From Minisyncoccota bacterium (GTDB lineage Bacteria > Patescibacteriota > Minisyncoccia > Minisyncoccales > JAGOPM01): DNA of 64,000 nucleotides. The number at the start of each line of letters is the position of its first letter. Positions within the stretch are counted from its first letter, which is position 1. The notes under the pieces are model-generated. The model was given only the letters and a program-made list of their open reading frames with translations. It made no database searches and was not told where the DNA came from. The DNA is taken from the NCBI GenBank assembly GCA_041651395.1, contig JBAZJI010000001.1, positions 89,169-153,168 of the forward strand, in the 5' to 3' direction. This document shows positions 1 to 10,012 of this stretch, piece by piece. The position numbers and the translations under genes were made by a program.

Positions 1-1
1 C

Positions 2-1168
2 CAATACCAAAAAGCCAGCTCTGATTTGGATAACGCTTATTTAGGTGCGCCCTCGACCTTAAAAGCCGCTTTTGTCGCTTCCGATATTGCTCTCAACCAG
101 ACAATTTCTCCGCTTTTCCGAACTTTTAATTATTCGGCCGATGTGGATTATCAACTCAATTATACCTATTGCAATTCTAACGCCGGCCGCCAAACCGACA
201 AAAATCGCAAAAGCTTGGATACTGACCTTAATGATTGGGAAAAGGAAATTAACGCCATAGCCGCAGACAAGAATACTCACGAGCAGCTCGATGCTGCCAT
301 TGCCAATTCTGAAACCCGATTAAAAAAGTTAATAGTATTTCTAAATGTCATGAGCGAAACCTTGACCGTTGATTGCCAGCTGAGCACGGCCGAAGATGCG
401 GCCCTGGATGTGGCGCGCCCAATGGTTTCGGGTGCTATCACTAGCCTCAATACCCAATTAACTACAGTTATCTCCCTGCATAATTCCATTGATGCTTATA
501 AGAAAACCCTTGATATCGCGCAAAGCCAGTTAGCTTATAAGAAAGCGCCGGCCACCCAAGACCAAATAGGGTATCAGCAGGCCTTAATAGACCAGGCTCA
601 GGCCAGTTTGGATTTAATCGAGGCTCAGCTTTCCAAGACTTATTTATTTGCCCCGATAAACGGGATTATTTCCGCCATTGATACAGAAGTAGGTGAAAAT
701 GTTAATGCGGGTAAAAGCTATATTTCTATAATGTCCAATGATCCTTATCAAATCGAGGCTAATATAAGCGAAAATGATATTGCTAAGATCGCTATTGGTA
801 GTCGCTGTATTCTTACCTTTGATGCCATGGGCACAAATAGAAAATTCGAAGCTAGTGTCGCCTTGATAGATCCGGCCGAAACGGTAATTGATGGCGTTTC
901 TTCTTATAAAACGACTTTCGCGCTCAACGAACCGAATAATGAAATCAAATCTGGCATGACGGCCAATATCGACATCGTGACCGCTGTTAAGGAGGGCGTC
1001 CTTTATATTCCCAATAGGAGTCTCATTAAAGGGGACAAAATTCAGGTGAAAGTCATGCAAAACGGCAAGATTAATCTTGTAGAGGTTAAAACCGGGATTA
1101 AGGACAATAATGGTAATATCGAAATTGTATCAGGACTAAACGAAGGTGATGTTATCGTTTCCCAATAA
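2..1168 (+). CDS. HlyD/MacA-family membrane-fusion (periplasmic adaptor) protein, 5' end cut by the window edge
   Basis: The frame is open from nt 2, with no stop before the first ATG at 26. A long Q/A/L-rich coiled-coil-like middle is followed by a beta-rich C-terminus (APINGIISAIDTEVGENV, GMTANIDIVT). It lies directly upstream of a MacB-type ATPase and permease. Confidence 0.75.
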   Translation, partial: QYQKASSDLDNAYLGAPSTLKAAFVASDIALNQTISPLFRTFNYSADVDYQLNYTYCNSNAGRQTDKNRKSLDTDLNDWEKEINAIAADKNTHEQLDAAIANSETRLKKLIVFLNVMSETLTVDCQLSTAEDAALDVARPMVSGAITSLNTQLTTVISLHNSIDAYKKTLDIAQSQLAYKKAPATQDQIGYQQALIDQAQASLDLIEAQLSKTYLFAPINGIISAIDTEVGENVNAGKSYISIMSNDPYQIEANISENDIAKIAIGSRCILTFDAMGTNRKFEASVALIDPAETVIDGVSSYKTTFALNEPNNEIKSGMTANIDIVTAVKEGVLYIPNRSLIKGDKIQVKVMQNGKINLVEVKTGIKDNNGNIEIVSGLNEGDVIVSQ

Positions 1169-1173
1169 CGAAT

Positions 1174-1896
1174 ATGGCTTTAATCGAGGTAAAAAATTTA
1201 CGGATGGAATATTGCTCCAACGAAGGGGAGCCGACTATTGCTTTGGATGGCGTTGATTTCAAAATTGAAAGGGGGGAATTTGTTTCCATCATGGGGCCTT
1301 CGGGTTCGGGTAAATCAACTTTACTGCATATTTTGGGAATGTTGGATCGGCAAACATCTGGGAAGTATTTTTTTGACGGTCGAGACAGCCAAGACTACAG
1401 CCAAGATGAATTAGCTTCCATTCGCAATCAAAAAATGGGATTTGTGTTTCAGGCCTTTAATCTTTTGGCGCGCACCAGTGTTTTGGAAAACGTCAAATTG
1501 CCATTGCTTTATTCTAAAATTAATGAAAAAGACTGGGATAAATTGGCCCTTTGGGCTATTAAAAAAGTTGGTTTGGAACATCGTATTAGCCATCAGCCCA
1601 GCCAGCTTTCTGGAGGCGAAAAGCAGCGGGCGGCCATTGCGCGGGCTTTGATAAACAATCCTGATGTTATTTTTGCCGATGAGCCTACCGGCAACCTTGA
1701 TTCTAAATCCGGCATTATTGTCATGGATACTTTAATGCATCTGAATGAAAAAGAAAAAAAGACGATTATTTTGATTACCCATGAGCACAGCACTGCTCAA
1801 TTTGCCCAAAGAATCATCCATATCAGAGACGGCAAAGTCGAAAAAGATGAACAGGTCAAAGAAAGGGCAACAAATCTCAATGGCCACTTAAAATAA
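1174..1896 (+). CDS. ABC transporter ATP-binding protein (MacB/LolD type)
   Basis: Walker [13 protein letters not shown] signature LSGGEKQR, Walker [14 protein letters not shown]-loop ITHE. Confidence 0.92.
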   Translation: MALIEVKNLRMEYCSNEGEPTIALDGVDFKIERGEFVSIMGPSGSGKSTLLHILGMLDRQTSGKYFFDGRDSQDYSQDELASIRNQKMGFVFQAFNLLARTSVLENVKLPLLYSKINEKDWDKLALWAIKKVGLEHRISHQPSQLSGGEKQRAAIARALINNPDVIFADEPTGNLDSKSGIIVMDTLMHLNEKEKKTIILITHEHSTAQFAQRIIHIRDGKVEKDEQVKERATNLNGHLK

Positions 1897-1897
1897 T

Positions 1898-3139
1898 ATG
1901 AAATCATTTTATTCTTTTCGGACAGCTTTAATCGGGCTTAAAACAAACAGAACAAGGTCTTTCTTAACAATTTTGGGTATCGTAATCGGAATCACGGCTA
2001 TTATGATGGTGATGTCTTTAGGCGCGGGCGCGCAGAATTTAATTTTAGGGCAAATTAGTTCCTTGGGATCGAATTTAGTCTTTGTTTTGCCCGGGAAAGA
2101 AGTTTCCGGGGCCGGTATGCCCATGGATGCCTTGTATTCTGACGCTTTGAAAAATAAGGATTTGGAGCAAATTCAAAAGAAGAGTAATGTGCCCCATTTG
2201 AAATCTGCCATGCCAATTGTTTTTTCTAGTGAGGTAGTCACCCGAGGTTCGGACAGCTATCGTTATACGGTTTATGGGGTGACGGAGTTGATGAAGGATT
2301 TATATCAAATTGAAATGCAGTCCGGGGATTTTATTACGGCCAGTGATGTCAGCTCGCTTAACAATTCCGCAGTCATCGGCAAGCGCGTGGCGGAGAAATT
2401 ATTCCCTGATAATAATGCGGTGGGGGAAAAAATCAGGGTTAGGGATAGGTCTTTTAGGGTGGCTGGAGTTATGAAGGAAAAAGGCCAAGGCTCCATGGCC
2501 AATTTCGACGATGCCATTATTGTTCCTTATAATGTTTTGCAGCGTGACTTAATGGGGATTAAATATTTTCAGCGCTTAGTAGTGGAGGTGGATAGCGAAA
2601 AAAATATTGATGCCACGGTTCGGGATGTCCGCGACACTATTCGTGACTCGCATAATATCACCGATCCGGATAAGGATGATTTCCATGTTAATACCTCAGC
2701 TGATATTGCCAAGGCTGCGGGTACGGTTTTGGGAACTTTAACTATTTTTTTAGCCGCCGTGGCTGCCATTTCATTGCTGGTGGGTGGAGTGGGCATTATG
2801 AATATTGTTTTAGTTTCCGTGACTGAGCGCACGCGTGAAATCGGTTTGCGCAAAGCCTTAGGCGCGACTTCTAACGAAATTTTAATGCAATTCTTGATCG
2901 AATCGATGCTTTTGACTTCAAGTGGGGGGATAGTGGGCATAACTTTGGGAACCCTTTTGTCGTTTGCGGCTGCCACTATTATCACTAAAGTTGCTGGATT
3001 AAATTGGCCATTTTCTTTCCCTTGGCAGGCCGCTCTGCTTGGCTTTGCGGTCTCGGCTGGAATCGGTTTAGTTTTTGGTCTTTATCCGGCCAAAAAGGCC
3101 GCTGATCTGAGCCCCATAGAGGCTTTACGTTACGAATAA
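1898..3139 (+). CDS. ABC transporter permease, MacB/FtsX-like fold
   Basis: 413 aa with an N-terminal TM, a large extracytoplasmic domain and three C-terminal TMs. Carries the TREIGLRKALGA motif typical of the family. Its start is 2 nt after the ATPase stop. Confidence 0.9.
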   Translation: MKSFYSFRTALIGLKTNRTRSFLTILGIVIGITAIMMVMSLGAGAQNLILGQISSLGSNLVFVLPGKEVSGAGMPMDALYSDALKNKDLEQIQKKSNVPHLKSAMPIVFSSEVVTRGSDSYRYTVYGVTELMKDLYQIEMQSGDFITASDVSSLNNSAVIGKRVAEKLFPDNNAVGEKIRVRDRSFRVAGVMKEKGQGSMANFDDAIIVPYNVLQRDLMGIKYFQRLVVEVDSEKNIDATVRDVRDTIRDSHNITDPDKDDFHVNTSADIAKAAGTVLGTLTIFLAAVAAISLLVGGVGIMNIVLVSVTERTREIGLRKALGATSNEILMQFLIESMLLTSSGGIVGITLGTLLSFAAATIITKVAGLNWPFSFPWQAALLGFAVSAGIGLVFGLYPAKKAADLSPIEALRYE

Positions 3140-3146
3140 ACAAGCG

Positions 3147-3172
3147 GCGGGTTTAATAACCCGCTTTTTTGT
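3147..3172 (+). terminator. Rho-independent terminator
   Basis: GCGGGTT (3147-3153) / AACCCGC (3158-3164), loop TAAT, then a T6 run. Confidence 0.85.
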
Positions 3173-3201
3173 TTTATAATTAGTCCATTACCAATTAAAA
3201 T

Positions 3202-3897
3202 ATGGCGACTCAAATTAAAATTAATCCGATTGTCAAAACCCTTTTACTTTCTGATGTGTTTTTTTACATCGGTTGGGGTCTAGTGCAACCATTAATGGCG
3301 CTTTTTATCATCAAAAACATCCAAAATGGCGATGCGGTTTCTGTGGGGTGGTCAACCGCCATTTACTGGTTAACCTTTTCGGTTTTACGCGTGCCATTCG
3401 GTTTATTCTTGGATAATAAGGAAGGGGAGAAGGACGATTATTTTTTTCTGACCTTTGGATTATTATTGGCCGCTTTAGTTGCCTTCGGTTTTATTTTTGC
3501 TAATAGGATTTGGCATTTATACTTGTTGCAATTTATGCATGGTTTGGGCATGGCTATGTCTTTGGCTGGCTGGTCAGCTATTTTCCAGCGTCACCTTGAT
3601 CCCAAACTTGAATCAACGGAGTTTGGCATTTCTAGCTCCTCGGTAGCCTTAGTTACAGCTCTAAGCGCGGTTTTAGGGGGATGGATTTTGGAAAAAACCG
3701 GAAGTTTCGTTTCGGTCTTTGCCGTGGTCGGGCTTTTTGGGATGGCTGGCGTGGCCGTGCTTTTATTGATTGCTAATGAGTTCAAGGGAGATTTTCGGCC
3801 AGAACAATATTTATTGCTCTTGTTTAAGAGGGAGACTTGGCAAAAGTTTCTGGAAAAGAGTTCGCTTATTCGAGAAAAAGTCGATCATATGTCTTAA
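3202..3897 (+). CDS. 6-TM MFS-like membrane protein (half-size)
   Basis: 231 aa with six hydrophobic segments, resembling the N-terminal half of a major-facilitator transporter. No diagnostic motif recognised. Confidence 0.5.
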   Translation: MATQIKINPIVKTLLLSDVFFYIGWGLVQPLMALFIIKNIQNGDAVSVGWSTAIYWLTFSVLRVPFGLFLDNKEGEKDDYFFLTFGLLLAALVAFGFIFANRIWHLYLLQFMHGLGMAMSLAGWSAIFQRHLDPKLESTEFGISSSSVALVTALSAVLGGWILEKTGSFVSVFAVVGLFGMAGVAVLLLIANEFKGDFRPEQYLLLLFKRETWQKFLEKSSLIREKVDHMS

Positions 3898-3919
3898 GCG
3901 GCTGAAGCTTTGGGAAAGT

Positions 3920-3941
3920 GGCCCTTATCAAAGGGCCTTTT
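3920..3941 (+). terminator. Rho-independent terminator
   Basis: GGCCCTT (3920-3926) / AAGGGCC (3931-3937), loop ATCA, then TTTT. Confidence 0.8.
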
Positions 3942-3978
3942 CGTTTGATTTTTCTTTTTCCCATGGTAATATTGCTTA

Positions 3979-5427
3979 ATGGCAAATAGGCGATTTGTTA
4001 AATTTTTGATTGCGTCGGCAATTTTTTTGGTATTTTCTGGCCAAGCTTTTGCCAGTTCGCTTAAATTCAATGTTGATTCGGGTTATGATGCTTTTAAGCG
4101 TTCGACAATAAGCACGAATCTTTCCCGGGTTTCGGGACGCGCATACTTTTATATTGACAGTAATTTCTGGTCAAAACTTAATGATATCGAAAGGACAAGG
4201 GTTCATTCTGCACTTTCCGATTTGGCTCAAGAGTATGACGCGCATATTTATCCAAAGATTACCGAATTTTACGGCAGCGAATGGAATCCGGGCATTGATA
4301 AGGACCCGAAAGTCTATTTTGTATTCCATGAAATGAGCAATAATACGGCTGGTTATTTTCGGGAAAAGGACCAATACGATAAATTGCAAGTTCCCAATTC
4401 CAACCAGAAGGAGGTGGTTTTCTTAAACGCCGAATATTTGCTCTCTCCTAATATTAAGAGTTATTTGGCTCACGAATTTACCCATTTGGCTATTTTTAAT
4501 CGAAAAACTCGGATTAATGGCAATGGGGAAGAGGTTTGGGTTCAGGAATTGTTAGCTGAATATACCCCGACCCTTTTGGGTTACAACGAAGTTCCGACCG
4601 ATAATACCTATTTGGAAAAAAGAGTAAGGAAATTTACTGAAGATTCAAGCAAATCGATAGTGGACTGGCAGAATGATGCGGCCGGTTATGCGGCTGGTTC
4701 TATTTTTATCCATTATGCCGTTGATCAGTATGGCCCGGGCTTACTTAAGGCGCTTTATCGTTCGCCTTATACCGGGATAAGCGGTTTTAATGACGCTTTG
4801 CGCACGGTAGGGGCCAAGGAAAATTTCCAAGAAGTATTTAATAATTGGACTGTAGCAAATTTTTTGAATGATTGCTCTTTGAGCAGCAGTTTTTGTTACA
4901 AGAATGCCATTTTGAAGAAGATGAGAGTGGTTCCGATGGTTAATTTTTTGCCGACTAAAGGGGAAAGCAAATTTTACTTCTCTGATACAATGCCCAATTG
5001 GTCGGCCAAATGGTATAAAATAGTGGGAGGGATTGGCAATTTAAGGATTGAATTCTCTGGAAATTCTTCTGATAAGTTCGTTGTTCCCTATATTTTGCAG
5101 TCCAAAGATGGCAAGAATAAGATTGGATATATTGACTTGGCAAATAAGAATAAAGGATACTTATCGTTTGAAAATTTTGTCAAAGATAACAATTGGTTGG
5201 TTTTCATTCCTTCGGCGCAGAATATGCAGAAAAAAAACGCTCTTGAATATGAATTTAATTGGTCGGTTTACTTTACTAAATCAGCCTCGGCAAATAGTAG
5301 CCAAACGGAAAATAAAGTTAGCCAAAACGAAAAATCCAACAATAGCACCAATATTATTACAAACACTGAGAGGTTAAAGCTTCTACTCGAAATATTGCGA
5401 TTACTATTGAGTCTAAAGACTAAATAA
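3979..5427 (+). CDS. Secreted protein with an HExxH motif (putative zinc metallopeptidase)
   Basis: N-terminal signal-like segment (FLIASAIFLVFSGQAFA) and the motif LAHEFTHLA with a downstream E (VQELLAEY). No family assignment is possible by eye. Confidence 0.5.
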   Translation: MANRRFVKFLIASAIFLVFSGQAFASSLKFNVDSGYDAFKRSTISTNLSRVSGRAYFYIDSNFWSKLNDIERTRVHSALSDLAQEYDAHIYPKITEFYGSEWNPGIDKDPKVYFVFHEMSNNTAGYFREKDQYDKLQVPNSNQKEVVFLNAEYLLSPNIKSYLAHEFTHLAIFNRKTRINGNGEEVWVQELLAEYTPTLLGYNEVPTDNTYLEKRVRKFTEDSSKSIVDWQNDAAGYAAGSIFIHYAVDQYGPGLLKALYRSPYTGISGFNDALRTVGAKENFQEVFNNWTVANFLNDCSLSSSFCYKNAILKKMRVVPMVNFLPTKGESKFYFSDTMPNWSAKWYKIVGGIGNLRIEFSGNSSDKFVVPYILQSKDGKNKIGYIDLANKNKGYLSFENFVKDNNWLVFIPSAQNMQKKNALEYEFNWSVYFTKSASANSSQTENKVSQNEKSNNSTNIITNTERLKLLLEILRLLLSLKTK

Positions 5428-5462
5428 TCAGTAGCAGTTTTATTAGGGAAAGGGAATAAATA

Positions 5463-5490
5463 TTGACTAATTTAATGTTTACTGTATAAT
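5463..5490 (+). promoter_or_regulatory. Sigma70-type promoter of the glycan locus
   Basis: TTGACT (5463-5468), 16-nt spacer, TG-extended TATAAT (5485-5490). The ATG at 5500 is only 9 nt downstream. Confidence 0.65.
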
Positions 5491-5499
5491 ATCGAAAGT

Positions 5500-6450
5500 A
5501 TGAAATCAGGCCAAAAGCCAGTAAAAACTCGGGTTTTGGTAACCGGCGGAGCCGGTTTTATAGGTAGCCATTTAGTGGATTGCCTGGTTTCTGATGGTTA
5601 TAAAGTCGCGGTTATTGACAATCTTTCTACCGGTAATAGAAAAAATCTCAACCCTCGAGCTAAATTTTATAAGCTGGATATTGCCAACAAGAAGGTTGAT
5701 GAAGTATTCCATCGTGAAAAACCGGAGATCGTTTTTCATTTGGCCGCCCAAGTGGATTTACAAAAATCAATTTTAGACCCCGTAGCCGATGCTAAGACGA
5801 ATATTTTGGGATTTATTAATATTTGTAAAAACTGCAAAAAATACGGAGTCAAAAAAATTGTTTTTTCTTCCAGTGCGGCGGTTTATGGCGACAATGGCTG
5901 TATTCCCGCTAAAGAAGATTCGCCTTTGCAGCCAGTTTCTCCTTATGGGGTAGCAAAGCTTACAGCGGAAAATCTTTTAGATATTTACCAAAAGCAATTC
6001 GGCATTGATTATGTTGCTTTGCGCTACTCTAATGTTTATGGTCCAAAGCAGGGTAGTAATGGTGAAGGAGGGGTAGTGAGTATATTTTTCAAAAAAGCTA
6101 AAAGCGGGGAAAAGCTTTGCATTTACGGTAATGGAGAACAGACCCGGGATTTTATTTATGTTGATGACGTGGTGGGCGCTAATTTATCCGCTATTCAAGG
6201 CAGTCAAACCGGAATTTTTAATATTTCTACCGCCAAGGAAACCAGCATCAATGAGCTTTTTGAAATTGTGAATAATTTGGTTGGCGGAAAAGCGACTAAA
6301 CAATATTTACCGGCGCGTTCCGGAGATCAAGCTCGCAGTGCCTTAGATTATTCTAAGGCCGCTCAATTTCTTTCTTGGCGTTCAAAATATACCCTGCAGG
6401 AGGGGCTCTCTAATACTTCTAAATGGTTTTTGAGGACTAAAAAGGCATGA
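5500..6450 (+). CDS. NAD-dependent sugar epimerase (UDP-glucose 4-epimerase-like SDR)
   Basis: VLVTGGAGFIGSHLV Rossmann motif and the catalytic YxxxK (SPYGVAKL). 316 aa. Confidence 0.85.
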   Translation: MKSGQKPVKTRVLVTGGAGFIGSHLVDCLVSDGYKVAVIDNLSTGNRKNLNPRAKFYKLDIANKKVDEVFHREKPEIVFHLAAQVDLQKSILDPVADAKTNILGFINICKNCKKYGVKKIVFSSSAAVYGDNGCIPAKEDSPLQPVSPYGVAKLTAENLLDIYQKQFGIDYVALRYSNVYGPKQGSNGEGGVVSIFFKKAKSGEKLCIYGNGEQTRDFIYVDDVVGANLSAIQGSQTGIFNISTAKETSINELFEIVNNLVGGKATKQYLPARSGDQARSALDYSKAAQFLSWRSKYTLQEGLSNTSKWFLRTKKA

Positions 6451-7904
6451 TTCAAAAAGTCAAAAGTTTTTTATTTGATAATAATAGTACCAAACAGACT
6501 ATTATTAAAAATACTTTTTGGTATTCTATTTCCCAATTTGCAGCTATCGCTATTAAGTCATTTTTTGTCATTTGGGTAGCGAGGTATTTTTCTATTGAAG
6601 AATATGGCAGATTTAATATTGCTTCATCTTTTGCCTCAATGTTTGTTATCCTTGCAGACTTTGGGACTTCACAGATCTTAATGAGGGAAATATCGCAAGG
6701 AAAAGCCGATCAAAAAAGGGTCGATTATTTTTTTACAATTAAAGTCCTGCTGGTTATTTTTTCCATATTAGTAACTTTCGGATGTTCGTTTTTGCTCGGC
6801 GCAGATTGGTTTTTATTAAGGGCTATTTGGATATTTGCCCTCTATACCGGCCTATATGCTTTTTTGGGTTTTTTTTACTATTATTTTATGGCTAAGAATC
6901 GTATGGAATATTTGGGGTGGGGCGATACGTGCGTTTCTGCCATAACGGTTATTGCTGGTATCTTCGTTATTAAATATCATCCGACGACTTCGGGTTTAGC
7001 TTTGGCGTATTTATTAGCTATAACTGTAGTCAGTATAGTTTTTTTAATGTTTTTTATCACCAAGATACAACCATTGCGTATTTCCTTCGACAAAGAGCAG
7101 ATTTTGAATATATTGCGGATTTCTCTACCTTTAGCCGCTGTATCCTTTTTTGCCATTATTTACAATAATATCGATTCGACCATTTTGGGTTTTTACAGAA
7201 AATATTTAGAAGCAGGGTATTATAATTCCGCATTAAAAATTATAGCTGTTTCAATTATGCCTGCTGGGCTTATAGCAAGCGTGTTTGCGCCGCACGTGAA
7301 TAGGCTTTTCCAAGAGTCAAAAGAGTCGCTGAAAAAAATTTTAGACGCCGAGACAGAGACCATGATTTTTTTAGCAATTGGTATTTTATTTGGTGGGTGG
7401 GCTTTAGCTCCCAACCTGATGGGGGCGGCTTACGGCGCCAAGTATTATTTGGCCGTTCCCGCTTTGCGACTTTTGCTTTTCACTTCTATCGTTTTTTATT
7501 TTTTGCAGCCCTTTTCACAAGTTCTGATAGCTTCGCATAATGAAAAAAAGGTTTTGTATCCTTATATTGTGATTGCCGCCCTGAATGTCATTTTGGATTT
7601 GTTTTTGGTGCCCAAATATGGGTTTATGGGGACGGCCATAGCTAGTGTTATAGCCCTAAATAGTGGTTTGTTTGTAATGGTTTTTTGGGCACACAGGGAA
7701 AGGCTAATCAATTTTTCTTATTCGTTCATTTGCCGAGCTATTTTTTGCGCGATAGTTTCATCACTATGTATCGAACCTATGGTAGCATTGTCCTTAAAAG
7801 TATCTGATAACATTTTCTTTTTAGTCTTTGCAGGAGGGTGCAGTTATGCTATATCATATGTGATACTTAGATTCGTTTTTTTGCGAAACATTATTAAGGA
7901 ATAA
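6447..7904 (+). CDS. Polysaccharide flippase (Wzx / MOP superfamily)
   Basis: 485 aa with about 12-14 TM segments. It sits inside a nucleotide-sugar/GT cluster and has an ATGA overlap with the upstream gene. Confidence 0.75.
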   Translation: MIQKVKSFLFDNNSTKQTIIKNTFWYSISQFAAIAIKSFFVIWVARYFSIEEYGRFNIASSFASMFVILADFGTSQILMREISQGKADQKRVDYFFTIKVLLVIFSILVTFGCSFLLGADWFLLRAIWIFALYTGLYAFLGFFYYYFMAKNRMEYLGWGDTCVSAITVIAGIFVIKYHPTTSGLALAYLLAITVVSIVFLMFFITKIQPLRISFDKEQILNILRISLPLAAVSFFAIIYNNIDSTILGFYRKYLEAGYYNSALKIIAVSIMPAGLIASVFAPHVNRLFQESKESLKKILDAETETMIFLAIGILFGGWALAPNLMGAAYGAKYYLAVPALRLLLFTSIVFYFLQPFSQVLIASHNEKKVLYPYIVIAALNVILDLFLVPKYGFMGTAIASVIALNSGLFVMVFWAHRERLINFSYSFICRAIFCAIVSSLCIEPMVALSLKVSDNIFFLVFAGGCSYAISYVILRFVFLRNIIKE

Positions 7905-7907
7905 GCT

Positions 7908-9218
7908 ATGAATATTTTGGCAAAAATCAAAAATAAAAAAGATAAAGTCGCGGTAATAGGCGTAGGCTATGTCGGTTTGCCGCACATTGTCGGCATGGCC
8001 CAAAAGGGGATTGAAGTAATTGGGCTCGATATCCAAAAAAAGCGCGTAGACATGCTTAATGCCGGGAAATCTTATGTGGTCGATATCAAAGATTCGCAAC
8101 TCCGGGAGATTATTCGTTCGGGGAAATTCAAGGCTACGGGCGATTTTTCTACACTCGAAGATGTAGATGTGGTAATTATTTGCGTGCCAACTCCGCTTGA
8201 TAAATACAAAATTCCCGATGTTAGCTATATTGTTAATGCTGTCAAAGAAGTTAGGCAATGTTTGCATCAAGGCATGTTGGTCGTTTTAGAGAGTACTACT
8301 TATCCGGGGACAACTGAAGAGGTGGTTTTACCTTTGCTTGAGGAATCTGGGTTGAAAGCCGGTAAAGATTTTTATTTGGCTTTTGCGCCAGAGCGCATTG
8401 ATCCCGGCAATAAAATGCCTCTTGAGGATGTACCTAAAGTTGTTGGCGGTATCACGCCAGAATGTACTAAAATTACCGAAGAATTTTATAAACAGTTTTT
8501 GAAACACGTCCATCCTGTTACGGATACAAAAACAGCAGAGATGGTAAAAATTTTAGAGAATACTTATCGATTAGTGAATATTTCCATGATTAATGAATTA
8601 AGGCTTTTGTCATGGAAAATGGGAATAGATATCTGGGAAGTGATTGATGCCGCCAAGACCAAGCCTTACGGGTTTACAGCTTTCTATCCCAGTCCGAAAG
8701 TTGGGGGTCATTGCATTGCCATAGACCCATTTTATCTGTCATGGAAAGCCCGGGAATACAATTTTTGGGCAAGGTTCATTGAATTAGCGGGGGAATTAAA
8801 CGAGCAGATGCCCCATTATGTAGTAAGCAACATTATTTCCGTTTTGAATAAAAATGGTAATCATTTGAAGGATAGTAAGATATTGATTTTAGGAGTGGCC
8901 TATAAAAAGGATATTGGCGACCCAAGAGAATCGGCCGCCTTTGATATAATACCGAATTTAGAAAGAAAGGGCGCGAGGGTTGATTATTATGATTCGCATA
9001 TTAAAGAATTTTCTTATTACGATATGTTCCAGAAAACCTGCAAGACAATAAAGAGTATAAATTATTCCGAATCAATATTAAAAAATTACGATTTGGTCTT
9101 GATATTAACCGATCATTCAAATATGGCCTATGATGCCATAGCAAAAAAATCCAATATTGTCGTTGATACGAGAAATGCTATTAAAAGCCGAAAATATAAG
9201 AACGTTTATCATTTCTAA
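7908..9218 (+). CDS. UDP-N-acetyl-hexosamine 6-dehydrogenase (WbpA/WecC-like nucleotide-sugar dehydrogenase)
   Basis: N-terminal VAVIGVGYVGLP Rossmann motif and the catalytic-Cys motif GGHCIAIDP. 436 aa. Followed by WbpB/D/E-like genes. Confidence 0.85.
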   Translation: MNILAKIKNKKDKVAVIGVGYVGLPHIVGMAQKGIEVIGLDIQKKRVDMLNAGKSYVVDIKDSQLREIIRSGKFKATGDFSTLEDVDVVIICVPTPLDKYKIPDVSYIVNAVKEVRQCLHQGMLVVLESTTYPGTTEEVVLPLLEESGLKAGKDFYLAFAPERIDPGNKMPLEDVPKVVGGITPECTKITEEFYKQFLKHVHPVTDTKTAEMVKILENTYRLVNISMINELRLLSWKMGIDIWEVIDAAKTKPYGFTAFYPSPKVGGHCIAIDPFYLSWKAREYNFWARFIELAGELNEQMPHYVVSNIISVLNKNGNHLKDSKILILGVAYKKDIGDPRESAAFDIIPNLERKGARVDYYDSHIKEFSYYDMFQKTCKTIKSINYSESILKNYDLVLILTDHSNMAYDAIAKKSNIVVDTRNAIKSRKYKNVYHF

Positions 9219-9220
9219 AC

Positions 9221-10012
9221 ATGAAATTTGCGATTATCGGGAAAGGATTCATATACCCGCGCCATATCGATGCTATTAAGAGTGTTGATGGGGAAATTGT
9301 GGAAGCTGTTGATTTAAGTAATGGAGAAAATTATTGGCAGAAATTGATAAAAAGAACTGATGCGGATTGTATCGTTGTTTTGACTCCAAATGATTTACAT
9401 TATCCAATATGTAAAATGGCTCTAGAGAATAATAAATCCGTAATTTGCGAAAAGCCCCTGACGATAAACGCAGATCATTGCATAGATTTGGCAAAATATG
9501 AAAAAATATTTTGCGTATTGCAATTAAGACACCACCATTTGGTAAAAGAGTTAAAGGATAAATTGGATCTATCGAAGAAAAACGAGATAGAAATGGACAT
9601 TTCTGTTTACAGGGATCAGGCTTATTACAACTCTTGGAAAGGTCAAACGCAAAGATCGGGCGGAGTATTATTTAATCTGGGCGTGCATTATTTTGATATG
9701 ATTTTGCACTTGTTTGGACCTGTCAAAAAGATTTCAGGGGTTAAAATTGATAATTTAACGGGTACGGGTACATTGGAAGGCGAGAATTATATATGCAAGT
9801 TCAAAGTAAGCACTGCCGCGCCTCAAAATAGCCAGAGGAGGGTGTTCAAAATCAATGGGGTGGACTATAATTTTTCTTCCCAAGATAACCTTTCCTATGA
9901 GGATTTGCATAAATTTGTTTATAGAGATTTTTTGGATGGAAAAGGCGTAAAGCCAAGCGAGGCATTAAATGCCGTGCAACTAATTGAAGATATAATAAGT
10001 CATGGAAAATAA
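9221..10012 (+). CDS. Gfo/Idh/MocA-family oxidoreductase
   Basis: KFAIIGKGFI N-terminus and the EKP motif (VICEKPLT). Confidence 0.75.
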   Translation: MKFAIIGKGFIYPRHIDAIKSVDGEIVEAVDLSNGENYWQKLIKRTDADCIVVLTPNDLHYPICKMALENNKSVICEKPLTINADHCIDLAKYEKIFCVLQLRHHHLVKELKDKLDLSKKNEIEMDISVYRDQAYYNSWKGQTQRSGGVLFNLGVHYFDMILHLFGPVKKISGVKIDNLTGTGTLEGENYICKFKVSTAAPQNSQRRVFKINGVDYNFSSQDNLSYEDLHKFVYRDFLDGKGVKPSEALNAVQLIEDIISHGK

